DNA of 64,000 nt from NCBI GenBank assembly GCA_963693365.1, contig CAVNZM010000016.1, positions 4,243,957-4,307,956 on the forward strand, written 5' to 3'. Positions 12,929 to 24,283 of the stretch are shown here, one piece after another. Made by a program: the position numbers and the translations under genes. The notes under the pieces are model-generated. The model saw nothing but the letters and a program-made list of their open reading frames with translations. It did no database searches and was not told the origin of the DNA. The DNA is from Amoebidium appalachense. Taxonomy: Eukaryota; Protista; Ichthyosporea. Every line of letters starts with the position of its first letter. Position 1 is the stretch's first letter.

Positions 12929-13896
12929 ATGTATGTGTGTGTGTATGTGCTCAGTTGAGAGGGAAGGAGAGAGGGGGGATGCACCGTGTGTGTGCATGTG
13001 TGCACGTGTGTGTGTGTGTGCTTTGTGGAGAGGGAAGGGGATGGGGGAAATGCACCGTGTGTGTGCATGTGTGTGTGTGTGTGTGTGCGTGTGTGTGTGT
13101 GTGTGTTGTGTGTTTGTGTTGGTGTGTGCATGTCTGTGTGCATCGTGTGTGTTGTGTGTGTGTGTGTGTGCATGTCTGTGCATGTGTGCATGTGCTCGGT
13201 GGAGAGGGAAGGGGAAGGGGGGGATTCGTGTCCGTGCATGTGTGCATGTGTGCATGTGCGTGTGTGTGTGTGTGGTGTGTGTGTGTGTGTGTGCGCATGT
13301 ATGTGTGTGTGTATGTGCTCAGTTGAGAGGGAAGGGGAGGGGGGGGATGCACCGTGTGTGTGCATGTGTGCATGTTAATGCAAAGTACACACGGGGGAGT
13401 CCGTAGAATTTTTTTCCCGACGGAGGGGGGGGGGGGGGGGGGGGGGCATGATCGGGGAATTTCAGTGTTTTCTCCAGTCCCGCATGCAACATACCAGCCT
13501 TCGTATTCAAAAAACCCAAACACCCTTTCCTTTAGCAAGTAGCTGACTTTCTCACCACCAAACGTAGATGGGGGTGGGGGGGAGTGCCCACGTTCACCCA
13601 CACATCCCCACGGGCATTTGCCGGGCCCATCAGGGGGGGTCCAAGAGGGGGGGGGGGGGGTCATTCTATAGTGTGCATGTGTTGTGGAGGGAATTTGAAA
13701 CGTGCAAAAACCCTCAGAATGGACGGATTTCGATGCAGTTTTTTTTGTTTTCCCAATGGGAAGGTACGTTAATGCAAAGTACACACGGGGGAGTCCATAG
13801 GATTTTTTCCCGACGGACGGGGGGACGTGATCGGGGAATTTCAAGAAGAAAAATCTAAAATCTCAATATCTGCCAAAACCCTCCGAATGGACGGGG

Positions 13897-13968
<72 letters not shown>

Positions 13969-13970
13969 GG
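12467..13970. repeat. (GT)n/GCAT compound microsatellite with 370-420-bp duplications, followed by duplicated blocks and poly-G
   Basis: GTATGTGCTCAGTTGA.AGGGAAGG at about 12522, 12943 and 13311. GTTAATGCAAAGTACACACGGGGGAGTCC at about 13374 and 13768. Confidence 0.9.
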
Positions 13971-13978
13971 CATCAAAC

Positions 13979-14446
13979 GTGATGGCTCACCCCCCCCCCC
14001 CCCCCCCCCCCCTCCCCGGCGGGCCCGCCGCTGCGCTGCGGAAGATTACTCTGATCTACTCGAATCCTTTTGTCCCAAACACAGGCTTGCAGGATAAGAA
14101 AGGCCTGCACCTTGCAAAGCTGGATGCCTATTTTGCATCAGAAGGGAACTTCGACCCCAGCCCCAGGCTTGAAGGACGTGGCAATTGCCTAAAGTTCCTG
14201 CCGCTACAGCTGCAGTTGTTCCTAGCGGGCTTAACGCCTGCTGAAGCACGGGGGACTCCACGGGGGGATCTGCCTCTTCCAGTGAAAAGAAAAATATTCC
14301 CATACAACTTGAACAGCTGCTATATTCGACTGCAAGAAGGTGAGGAGGGAGTGTATCTTAGGGTGGTGGGGTGTAAGGAGTTTTATGGTCGGCGATCCGC
14401 ACTGCAGTTTCAGGTATGGTTGGCGTATTTATTCAGGACGTACTGA
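13979..14446 (+). CDS. Possible coding exon or ORF of unknown function inside the TIR element
   Basis: About 135 codons of non-repetitive open frame, with a CAG|GTATGG donor-like site at 14413/14414. No family recognised. Confidence 0.3.
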   Translation: MMAHPPPPPPPLPGGPAAALRKITLIYSNPFVPNTGLQDKKGLHLAKLDAYFASEGNFDPSPRLEGRGNCLKFLPLQLQLFLAGLTPAEARGTPRGDLPLPVKRKIFPYNLNSCYIRLQEGEEGVYLRVVGCKEFYGRRSALQFQVWLAYLFRTY

Positions 14447-15136
14447 CAGAATAGTAAGTATAGCTCTAGTATAGCGTGAGGATATTCTTAGGAGCTTCCT
14501 AAGGTATGCGATATATATCTTTGCGTTTTTTTGCGTTTTTTGTGCATTTTTTTATTTTTTATTTTTTAATGTGTTTATTTAGGGTAAATTCAACGCACCG
14601 GCCACTTGCTCCGCGCAGGCATTGCACCGTTTGCCAAAGTATCTCGCCTAATTTATAGGTACCTTAAATATTATTACAACTAAAACTTCTGTATTTGGCA
14701 GTTGAATGCCCCAGTTTTAATTACATTATACGGATCATGATTGTAAGATAACAGTGCTTCGGATTCTGTTTTGCACTCCTCCAGTAAATCTTTGTTTCCA
14801 TTGGCTATCATCTCGCACGCACCTGCGCGACGCCTTCATGTTTCATGTTTCAATAAAAGCGTGACCTTGTGACGCCTTCATTGTGAATGCTGTGTGAAAT
14901 TCGATCCTAAAAAACAACCAATCAAAAACGTTGGAGTAATCTATCCCACAATCAAATGCGCAATCCCTTTTCCCGCCGTATATATTGAGCTAACCCTCGC
15001 ATCACGGAACGTGGTCCTGGGTAATCGGCATTGACAGGGTGGTAAAGAGGCCGTGGCTGAGCTCGTTAGCGATACGTGCTTTGCTTTTGTATCCCAGGGA
15101 ACACTTAAAGATCATCCAAATCGATCCCATTAAACC

Positions 15137-16110
15137 CTTAAAGAGGTCCTAAAGTAATCCTAACACAATACCTAATTGCAACTCTGAACATCTTTAAGCT
15201 ACCCCAAATAGGGCGTGAAGATCGCAGAAAGGTATCACCAATACTTGCCTAAGATTGCGTTAGCATATCACATGCACAGACATGGCCTGTCTTGAAGATA
15301 TAATTGGGATGGCCAATAGTGCTACAAACACACAAAAGAACTCTCCAAAGATCTCCTTAGATGATCCACTGCCTAGCTGTGATATATCCTGACGACATCC
15401 TGTGCACATCCTAACGCAATCAGTTCGTTTCGCAAATGTTGCATGGCCATACGGGATTAAGAGAGGATAAAGATTGTACTAAGATCTCCGCACTACATCT
15501 TTAACATATCTCTACGCCCATCCCACGAGCGCCTTGTGTCAACTTACTTGCGTGTATAATGCATCTTACACACATCTATATAATATGTATCGGTATCTCT
15601 CATAGACATCCTGTAGAATGAGTGCAGACGTCTTAAAGAGGTCCTAAAGTAATCCTCACACAATAGCTAATTGCAACTCTGAACATCTTTAAGCTACCCC
15701 AAATAGGGCGTGAAGATCGCAGAAAGGTATCACCAATACATGCCTAAGATTGCGTTAGCATATCACATGCACAGACATGGCCTGTCTTGAAGATATAATT
15801 GGGATGGCCAAAAGCGCTACAAAAGAACTCTCCAAAGATCTCCTTAGATGATCTACTGCCTAGCTGTGATATATCCTGACGACATCCTAACGCAATCAGT
15901 TCGTTTCGCAAATGTTGCATGGCCATACGGGATTAAGAGAGGATAAAGATTGTACTAAGATCTCTGCAGTACATCTTTAACATATCTCTACGCCCATCCC
16001 ACGAGCGCCTTGTGTCAACTTACTTGCGTGTATAATGCATCTTACACACATCTATATAATATGTATCGGTATCTCTCATAGACATCCTGTAGAATGAGTG
16101 CAGACGTCTT
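15137..16110. repeat. Tandem duplication (~480-495 bp x2) in the right subterminal region
   Basis: CTTAAAGAGGTCCTAAAGTAATCCT...GAGTGCAGACGTCTT starts at about 15137 and 15632. Confidence 0.93.
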
Positions 16111-16546
16111 TAGGACATCTGTTAACTACACCATGTTCCGGGATGATAACAATATGTCCTCAATCCGTCCAGGATATCTTTAAGACGTAATAGACCAGAA
16201 AATTCGAAAGACGTCTTTAATATATCCCGTATGCATCCGCAACCCATCGGACAATTTAAAGGGGGGTTAAGGACATCCGGACTTGTGCTGATGGGTATAA
16301 GTGCACTTCAAGGTGTCTGTATGACATCTTGTCAGACGACTTTACTACGTCTTTAAGATGTCCACTGTCTTGAACCCATGCCAGACGTATTTAATATATA
16401 TGGGATGTGTTTCAGACGCCTTGCCATCCTGAAATTCCGGGTTATCCTAAACCCGTCCTAAGCTATCTTTTAGATATATTAACGACGATAGGACGTCCTA
16501 AAGTCGTACAGGACAGGTTTCGGATGGGGGGTGATCTTTGCTGATG

Positions 16547-16825
16547 ACCATCCACTTGTGGCTGGGGAACCTCCCCCAACCACAAAACATTCACACCATT
16601 CATACCTTTGGTAGAGTCACCCCACAAACATTCATGCCATACCACCTCGACGCTGTCTTGAGGACCCACGACGATGCCCGGCTCCCACACGTATCGGGGC
16701 GGTGAGGGGGCAAAGGGAAGCTTAACCTGGGGTGGGGGAGGGTGAAGGTTCTCTGCAACCTGGGGGGGACCGATACTGTCCCCCCCCCCTCCCTCAGTGA
16801 CCCCAGCTTCCCCCTCCCCCGGAAC
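16547..16825 (-). CDS. Gypsy gag-pol linker, in frame with gag after its TGA
   Basis: The gag frame stays open after the TGA (VPGEGEAG...WEPGIVVGPQDSVEVVWHECLWG...PQPQVDG) up to the TIR insertion and beyond it. Confidence 0.7.
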
Positions 16826-18184
16826 TCAATAGCTCTTGTAACTACGGCAATATGCAGCAGAGTGCCCTTGCCGGCCACAAAAGTAACATGCACCAAAGAA
16901 GGGGCCAGGGGGGACTTCAAAACCTTGGCGCAAAGCATAACCGGGAGCCCGGTCATGCTGGGGGGGCCCACCGTGTGCACCACGGCCCCCCCTTCCCCCC
17001 TGCCCCCCTCGGCCTCTCTCACCACCATTTCCACCCCTCCCTCTACCCTGCCCACCACCACGAGCAAGATAAGGGGCAAACCTCTCGGTGAACTGCTGCT
17101 GTTGTCCTCCACGTCCACCTCGGCCACGACCGCCGTGTCCACCCCGGTCGCCGCCACGGCCACCCCGGAAGCCGAAGCCCCCTCGGCCAGAAAAGACGGC
17201 CTGGGAGAGCTCGGCAACCTGCTTGACCAACATGGTGAGTGCATCTGGCTGTTCACCCTCTTTTTTCTCTTTTTCCCCCTTCTGTCCACTCTCCTTCTTT
17301 TTCTTGTCTACTTCCATCACCTCCTTTTTATCCCTCTTATTGAACTTCACCTCGTGCATGGCAAGCAAGTGACGTTTAACATGCAACACCACCTCATCTA
17401 CATCATCATGCTCCCCAAACATGCGTGCAGTGTCTGTGTTTACAGAGAGAGCCTTACGAGCAAACTCGAATTTTTCCCTATCACTCACGTCACCAGCTAA
17501 CTCACAAAGGTCTTCAAAGACCCGATATTCCCTCTCAAAGAATGCACGAGCTTCTACGGGGGACATATCTAAAGTGGGAAAGGTATACTTCCATTCTCTG
17601 AGCTGGGCCCGGAAGGTACGGCGCCGGTCGGCCGTCAGGTATCGGCCGACGAGCCGGGCCGTATACTCGAGCTCGTTTTCCGGCCGTGTGAAGGCCTCGA
17701 GCTCCCCGTCCACGCCGTCGGTGCTGTTCTCGTCCTCGTCGTCGGGGATGAACCGTGCAGCCAGACGTTTCTGGCCGAGTGTCCGGGACACCATCTCGTC
17801 CCTCCCCTCGTCGTACTGCTGCTCGTATATACGAGCCGTCACCTGGGGGGCCTGCTCGGCCCGGTACGGGTGCTCCTCCATCAGGGTGCATAAGTCGGCC
17901 ATTGTTTTGTGGTCGATGCACTGTTTGATCATTAAGCACGAGGCCGCCACAGTGGGGGCCTTCTTTGTGTCTAACACTAGGGTGGGTGTGTTAGCTAGGA
18001 GTGTCCTAAGCCACCTAGGTATTTCCGAGTCGTGTTTGAGTGTAAAACTGAAAGCTGTGGTCTGTCTAACGTCTAGTGTATGAACCTGTGGTACCTGTGT
18101 GTGCAGGGAGCTATCCTCCGCTGCCAATGCGTAGAACATATCTACGTTAAACTTAGCCATTGTGTGGTGTGTGCCCGAACTCAT
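16826..18184 (-). CDS. gag: Gag with RGG-rich tract and CCHC zinc knuckle (452 aa)
   Basis: Intact ORF ending CYFCGRQGHSAAYC (CX2CX4HX4C), preceded by RGG repeats. Lies upstream of pol on the same strand. Confidence 0.92.
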   Translation of the reverse strand: MSSGTHHTMAKFNVDMFYALAAEDSSLHTQVPQVHTLDVRQTTAFSFTLKHDSEIPRWLRTLLANTPTLVLDTKKAPTVAASCLMIKQCIDHKTMADLCTLMEEHPYRAEQAPQVTARIYEQQYDEGRDEMVSRTLGQKRLAARFIPDDEDENSTDGVDGELEAFTRPENELEYTARLVGRYLTADRRRTFRAQLREWKYTFPTLDMSPVEARAFFEREYRVFEDLCELAGDVSDREKFEFARKALSVNTDTARMFGEHDDVDEVVLHVKRHLLAMHEVKFNKRDKKEVMEVDKKKKESGQKGEKEKKEGEQPDALTMLVKQVAELSQAVFSGRGGFGFRGGRGGDRGGHGGRGRGGRGGQQQQFTERFAPYLARGGGQGRGRGGNGGERGRGGQGGRGGRGAHGGPPQHDRAPGYALRQGFEVPPGPFFGACYFCGRQGHSAAYCRSYKSY

Positions 18185-18356
18185 GTGGTTGTGTTTTTTT
18201 TTTTTTTTTTTTTTTTTTTTCTGTGTGTTTGAGGTGTAGCAACAGCCCAGAAGGAACTGTCACCGCGTTACCCTAGCGCGAAAAACCGCACTAAAAGAAA
18301 GGTGTAGCTTGTCGTATCCTATTATATGTGTACTAGAGACGCGGCACTCTACTAAG

Positions 18357-18898
18357 TGTACACACACGAAAAGGAACGAACGTGTACAGAAAAACGGTAA
18401 AGTTTATTCAGACCAGGCTCCGACGGGCAAACTTAGATCCGAACGGAATGAGTCTAAGTTACGACTGAGGCCATCAAGGCCGTGCCCTCAAAGATCATCA
18501 TCACCTGGCCCCCTACGATGCCACATTCCATTAACATTCCGATCTACTTTTATCGTGCGCCTGCACGAGCTGTCGATCTACTCAACTAATATATTTATCC
18601 AAGTCTCACCCCTCACCCTCCCCCTAGTGGCACCGCAGAGTCTAAATCTACATTTCATACTATCCTCCCCCCCCTCCCTCCCCCCCTTTCCTCTACATCT
18701 ACATATATAAATACGTTTGGCAACATACACTATCTAACCTTGCCAATACTTACAAAAGGGCTTCTGCCCGAACAATCACATTCCTAAGTCCTCCTACGAT
18801 CTATCCTACACACTAATTAGAATTCTATTGGACGGCTGTCCCGGCTGACGTGGTCCAATGCCCTGCGCCGGCAGAGGCAAGATGCACGCAGCTGTACA
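18357..18898 (-). repeat. Candidate 5' LTR of the outer Gypsy element
   Basis: TGTACA at both ends, a minus-strand TATA-like site near 18705 and AATAAA near 18405. It sits between the gag leader and the LINE remnant. No partner LTR in the window and no canonical TGG PBS seen. Confidence 0.4.
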
Positions 18899-19029
18899 GC
18901 TATCTTGAGGCCCCGGACTTGATCTTGATGATCTGTGGACCCGGGCCACCCCCCCCCCCCCCCCCCCCCCCCGATCTCGATCGTAGACTTAGGCTGATCT
19001 GCTGAGACGGATTAGTATATGTCAGTTTC

Positions 19030-20855
19030 ATGCTTCGCGCATTTAACACCGACGATTCTTTGTTGAACGCCGTGTTCCGTCTTTCTTCCCTTCAAGGGGG
19101 CTTTCATCATGCCTATTCGTGTTATACTGTTTCACAGCCTGTTACTCCATTAATCCATTACTTCTGGCTCTCCACACGTTGTCTTCATCGACCTTAAGAA
19201 CGCCTACGACACCGTACCCACTGGTTTGTTATGGCATACTATAGTAAGCTGGCTATGCCGGCGGGACAGGGGCTTACCAGCCCCCTTTGGCCGTCTTCTG
19301 CAAGCGCTGTTCGATACCACTCGCGGACGAGCGGCGGTCAATGGAACGTCAATTAACACCCGGCTTTTCCCGTTCTCGGGGTCTTCTGCAGGGGCCCCTC
19401 CTGAGTCCGTTGTTGTTTGACGTTTTCATTGATGATTTAGCCTGCGCCCTCGAACCCTTTGGCCATCTGCATACCCGCCGTGTACCGGGTCTCCTTTTTG
19501 CGGACGATATTGTTCTTTGTTCCTCATGAAGATGTCATGCACCAGATGCTTCGTCAGGTGGATCAATGGTGCACCGAGAATCTCATGACAGTCGGAATTG
19601 CAAAGTGTGCTACTTTTTCGAAAAACGCTTCCAGGATTCGATTTGCCGGTCTTCCTATTCCTGTTCACTGACAGAGCACCTATGACTATTTGCCAATGGG
19701 TAATAATTCCTTTCACTGCACGGGGTATTGAATTCCGCAAGCTCCTCACGGCACGCGATCGCTCGTGCGAAGGGTAAGCTTCACATCGTGTCAAATATGT
19801 TTCAACGGGAGTCTGTGATCCATCCTGCGAACCTTCTTCTCTACTATCATAAAACATTTTTACGGCCGACTTTCGAGCTATTGGCCTGCGCCCCACCTCG
19901 CAAGGCGGTCGTGGCGCTGAAAGAGTTCGACGATTTTCATTGTACTGCGCTGTGCACTTTGTTTCGTACTCGGTTTGTGCCTCCCTTAATCAGTATGTTT
20001 GGATTGTCTTCTGCTGTTAAACTTTGTCGTATGGAAAGTTGTCTCTTCGTTTTTGTTTTCATTTAGTTAAGCCAGATACCTGATGGTCACCCTCTTTATG
20101 CTTTCTTTCCCCCCCCTCCCAGTCCATCCCTCTTCCCCCCCGATTCACCAACGCTACTTTTGAATGTCCTCAGCCTACCCTCTTTCAACCTGATTCTTCC
20201 TTCGCTATCTCTGGACAGACACTCCCTCTTTCTTTTCTCTTCCTGTTTTTTCTGCCTTTTCGCGTTATTACCATACGCAGTGACAACGCAGTATAAGTCC
20301 GAGTCATTAGTTCTCGTTCTGATAGAGAAATCAAAGGTAAAACTCAGTCGGCATGTGTTATGTTCCTTAGGCAACACCGTACTGATCATTATCGCTTTTT
20401 GGGAGCTTTGGCAGGATATATTTCTCCTGCAGCTGTACGTATGGATACCACGTACCCTAGTAGTAGATAAGTCTGTATGGTGCTCTGATGTTGATATTGC
20501 CTGGGACGGAAGTTGTGCAATGGCGTTGTAATTTTTGTTTTCATCGCCGCTGGTGCCACTTTTGTGCTGAACCTTTTAATCGCAAGCATGTTGATAGGTG
20601 TGAGTTTTTATGTCGCGTTTTACCTCTTTCCCTACGGGTGTCTGCTACACTGGCTGGCAATGTGACCACTTTAGACTTTTTGTTGAATTCTGTTGGTCGT
20701 CACATTGAGTATTTATATGATTTTCACACAGTGTTCAGGTATCTCAGTATGCACTTGTTACTGAATAACTCGTGAAGTTTTTTTATTGTCTTCTCAGTAT
20801 GCCGTGCATACTTGCATATCTTTCCGTCGAATAAATCCAGTCAAAAGAAAAAAAA
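19030..20855 (+). mobile_element. Decayed, 5'-truncated non-LTR retrotransposon (LINE ORF2: RT plus C-terminal Cys/His motif) with A-rich tail
   Basis: QGGF; VFIDLKNAYDTV; RGLLQGPLLSPLLFDVFIDDL; LLFADDIVL; AKCA; CHFCAEPFNRKHVDRC...LDFLLN. Ends AATAAATCCAGTCAAAAG(A)n. Several frameshifts and stops. Confidence 0.92.
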
Positions 20856-22323
20856 TTTCAATAGTAATGATGGCAGATGCATTATGTTTGCAACGGCACA
20901 TGATTCGTAGGCTGTGTAGCGCAATGGCACGCATAGCTAGGCCCTATGGCTTGACCACTAAAGGGAAGTGAAATGAGAAAACCCTTTTTGGCCCTATGTT
21001 CATTATATCGATCGAAAAGTTAGCTTTCCATAAACGTGCATCACGGTCCCACATCATGATGCATGCATGTGACCTTAAGTTTGTTTTCGGTAACTCGGTT
21101 GCAATTGCAAGCTAGCTCACGATTCTAGGGTTTGTTTGTACTTGTCCATTCATGGTCATTCAGTTTTGAGTATTATCTGTATTCTCAGAGTCTGCGATGC
21201 TACTTCTCCATGCATCTGCGTCTCGACCGTCGTCTCCTTGAGATATCTGAGATCTCATTTTCCTTGCGTACATCAACAAAAAAAAAAAAAAATACCCTTG
21301 CGCATTAGTCATGCAAAAGAATAGGAGTCGTGGGAGAAACTTACTAGATTTCCCAATATAGAAGGTAAAATGACCAATGAGCAACCTCTACCGCACATCA
21401 CCATATATAGAAGGAGTTTAATGTCAGCACTCAGCTCACTACAGCAGCTGAGCCAGGAAAGCTTGAAAGGGGCTCATCCTTCTATATATATTTATATAAC
21501 CATACGGCAACTCAAAAGTAGAAAATAACTCTATGTTTTAATAATCATATATTTCGGACACAGGGAATGACAAGAAGCTTCCAAATTCAACAAGTTGATG
21601 TCTTACGATGATTGGATGCACGCTAGATTTCTTTTATTTCCTACGCCCGTTATCGTCGGAAGTGGAATATCCATGTGACGTTTGGCTTGGGCGGCCACCG
21701 ATGCAGTGAAGCATATTCTTGGAACTGATATTCAATACACTTATATTTAAGATTTTATTCTCTTTTTAGCATCAAACCTAACAATTTGATCTTTCACAAC
21801 CAGGGTCAAATTCTCAGTGTCTGGGCGAAAACCGTCGAATGAGAACTGGCATTTGAAAGCCATGACTCAAAACCACTCATGTCTCGCCCAATAAGGGAAG
21901 CCCAGTTGTAACGGTCACGCACCGCCGGAGTTCACAAAATCGCTTCATTGCATCCACTTTCATGGGGTTTCAAAAATAATTATTTTCAAAAAATACTAAT
22001 GATCAGTATTATCAAAAAGTAATTATAAATTTTACCATTGAGTACTATACAGCGGGATATTCAGGATTGCCGAGAGTAGCTCTGCAGGACAAAACAACGT
22101 CAACAGTGGATACCCCCCTGAGTCGACGACAACCCGGGACAAATTTCAATACAGCAATTTTGTAGAGCGCACATTGAGTGCATAAAATGCCACAAAATTT
22201 AGAGTTTACTCCTGCAGATATATTATAAAGCTTCATGAAACTATTGCACATATTTTATGCCTTGAATAGACGAATGACGCGTACGCTCGATGGTAATACG
22301 TAATCACGTATAACATATACACA

Positions 22324-22351
22324 GAATAAATCCAGTCAAAAGAAAAAAAAA
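22324..22351 (+). mobile_element. Ultra-short copy of the LINE 3' terminus
   Basis: GAATAAATCCAGTCAAAAG(A)9 matches the LINE end at 20829-20855. Confidence 0.7.
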
Positions 22352-23479
22352 CTCAAGGCCTGGCATGGGGGGACCGTCATTCCATATGCATGTTGAATTG
22401 GAAGCGCTCGGCATCGGAGAATCGAAACAGTAAGCGCTCAGAGATGTTTAAGTGCTCTCATGTAATATATTGATAAAAGTTTGATTGTGTGCTCAAACAA
22501 TACCGTGCCTAGTTATTATTTCAATTACAATGCGAGCTGCACAATTTTTAGGTTACCTTAACGCCTTGCTGATGACATGTCGATCAAAAAGAGCAAATCT
22601 CCTTATACTCTGGATCTACACTTTTGGGGGGGGGGAAATACCTTACTTTTTCCGATGTTTTAGGAGGGCTCGAAACAGATGGGATGTTTACAGACATTAT
22701 AGGCATATAAATCTTAAAACTTATATATTTTTGTGCTATAATTAAATTTATAAACAGTTAAATCCTATATTTGTATTATACATGCTCTTTAACTGGCAGT
22801 ATATTCTCTTTAAAGCCTCTCTTGGATTTAGGGTAAAATGCTGCAATATTCCAAAACTACAATTCATTCCAGCGAATGGGCGTTCTCACCCACGTTTGCA
22901 CAGGATTGTTAATGCTCCAAGATTTAATTGGCTGCGCTTCTAAGTTTCGGGAGGTGGGCCATGTATTGCGTTCATAATCAAAGTATATTAGCGCCCTTAT
23001 CAGCCTAAGAATAAAAAATAATGCTTTTTTTTTTTTTTGCTTTTTTGGCTTGCTTAGATGTTTGGCTTTTTCTTAGTGCTATGAAAAAGGTTTTATGTTG
23101 CAGTACCATGTTCTCAGAGTGAAGCAAGCGTTCTTCCCCAATTCTATTGAACAAATATCATGGGTGGGAAAGAATGTTTAGATGATTGGCTATTTTCGCA
23201 ACCCAAAGTGAGTGACAAAAGGGGGCTTTCAACAGTAGAAGCGTGCAGTTTGTTACGTGTTTGACTCCCCTGCGTGGCCGTTTGTGTACAATATTTCCTT
23301 TCTTTTTCACTCCTTTTTACAGGTGTATGTTCTGTGCCTGCACTGCAGCGAAAGAAACTATTAACACCCAATTGCATTAACGTTGTGGTTAACGATTTTA
23401 TTTTCTCCCTCAGTAGCCCTCCCCGTGGTTGCCTGGTGCTCGATAATCGCCAGCAGCCGTTGGTCTGAAATTATTGAGA

Positions 23480-24283
23480 ATGAGGGACATGTGTCTAAAA
23501 GTCCTGCGATTCTCTGAGGATCCAGCGATACTAACCCCAAATTTCTGCGGTGAAAGCATGCTTGATTCGTCGTGTAAAGTGGATGGTTTGGGAAGTTTTA
23601 TGCAACTCCCAACCAGGACTGTCGGCATCATCCCGCCGGCGAATCACAAGAAGCGTGTGACGTTCAATCCCGTAGATATCGTGCACGACACACACCCAGC
23701 ATACAGGTGTGTAGCTTTTTGTGATTGTCTATGTTAATAACCATTTTTCTGCTAATTCACCGTGTTCTCTCGCTCTGCTAACTTTTGAAAACACAGAAAT
23801 TCCTTTTTGTGGATACCATTGCAGTGTGATCAAGGGGTGTCAGTTGACACGCAAGATTTCGTTCCGTCCCCTTTCACTTCCACCTGCACAACTATAATTC
23901 GTACTTTCTTTTGGAGAGGGTCAATGCACAAAAGATGGGCCTCTGTTTCTTTCTTAGCCATCTATACTAACCTGTCCTTTTACAACAGGCAAGCCAGTGT
24001 CATGCCCGTTGTCGAAACATCGAGCTGCAGCCTGCTTCCTTACGATCGAACTGCTGATTTTCCCCTCCTGCTCACCGCGGATGATATTCGGCTTGCTCAG
24101 CAGGAGGTTGCCATGTTGCGTTACGAGTTGTTTCCAGACGGTAAATTTTTTGGCGAGTTTACAAACTGGCAGCGGCCTTGTAAAAGATTGCGGTTGAGAC
24201 CCATGCCCTCGGCACCTAAAACGAGCAAGTATCTTCCCGCTGCCTCTGTGCCCCCACAACAAGTGGGCACAGCCACGTGCTGA
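23480..24283 (+). CDS. Small putative PP1-regulatory protein (Phactr/Bni4/neurabin-type PP1-binding module), spliced
   Basis: Exon 23480-23706 has KKRVTFNPVDIVHDTH (RVxF) and ends AG|GT. Phase-compatible acceptors lie at 23796 (GCTAAC branch) and 23988 (TACTAAC branch). The last exon has YDRTADFPLLLTADDIRLAQQEV, resembling Phactr [24 protein letters not shown]. Confidence 0.75.

Larger units (their letters stand above)
7176..16546. mobile_element. 9.4-kb TIR element (CMC/EnSpm-like, apparently non-autonomous) inserted between Gypsy gag and protease
   Basis: Ends CATCAGCAAACATCTCCC (7176) and GGGTGATCTTTGCTGATG (16546) are inverted repeats. 2-bp TSD AC at 7174-7175 and 16547-16548. Long subterminal regions are rich in GACGTC/GATATC/ACATC motifs. 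Removal joins PQPQVDG|LSVSCPNP in frame. No transposase recognised. Confidence 0.85.
1..18898 (-). mobile_element. Ty3/Gypsy LTR retrotransposon, interrupted by two nested insertions; 3' part runs off the window start
   Basis: Minus-strand order: gag with CCHC knuckle (18184-16826), protease (ALLDGGAQVN), RT (YLDD), RNase H (CDAS...YTDH...DALSR), integrase zinc finger. PR-RT-RH-IN order is diagnostic of Ty3/Gypsy. The right boundary (LTR) is tentative. Confidence 0.93.

Noticed and set aside
13890-13970. Very long pure poly-G as a functional G-quadruplex element
   Set aside because: Length and purity of such runs are unreliable without raw reads, and they are ubiquitous in this window.
14990-14997. 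CTAACCCT downstream of a TATA-like box as a telomerase RNA template
   Set aside because: An 8-mer is expected by chance in 64 kb, it lies inside a transposon, and no supporting structure was seen.
16742-18083. Plus-strand ORFs of 252 and 220 aa
   Set aside because: Antisense shadows of the GC-rich gag ORF with no recognisable motifs.
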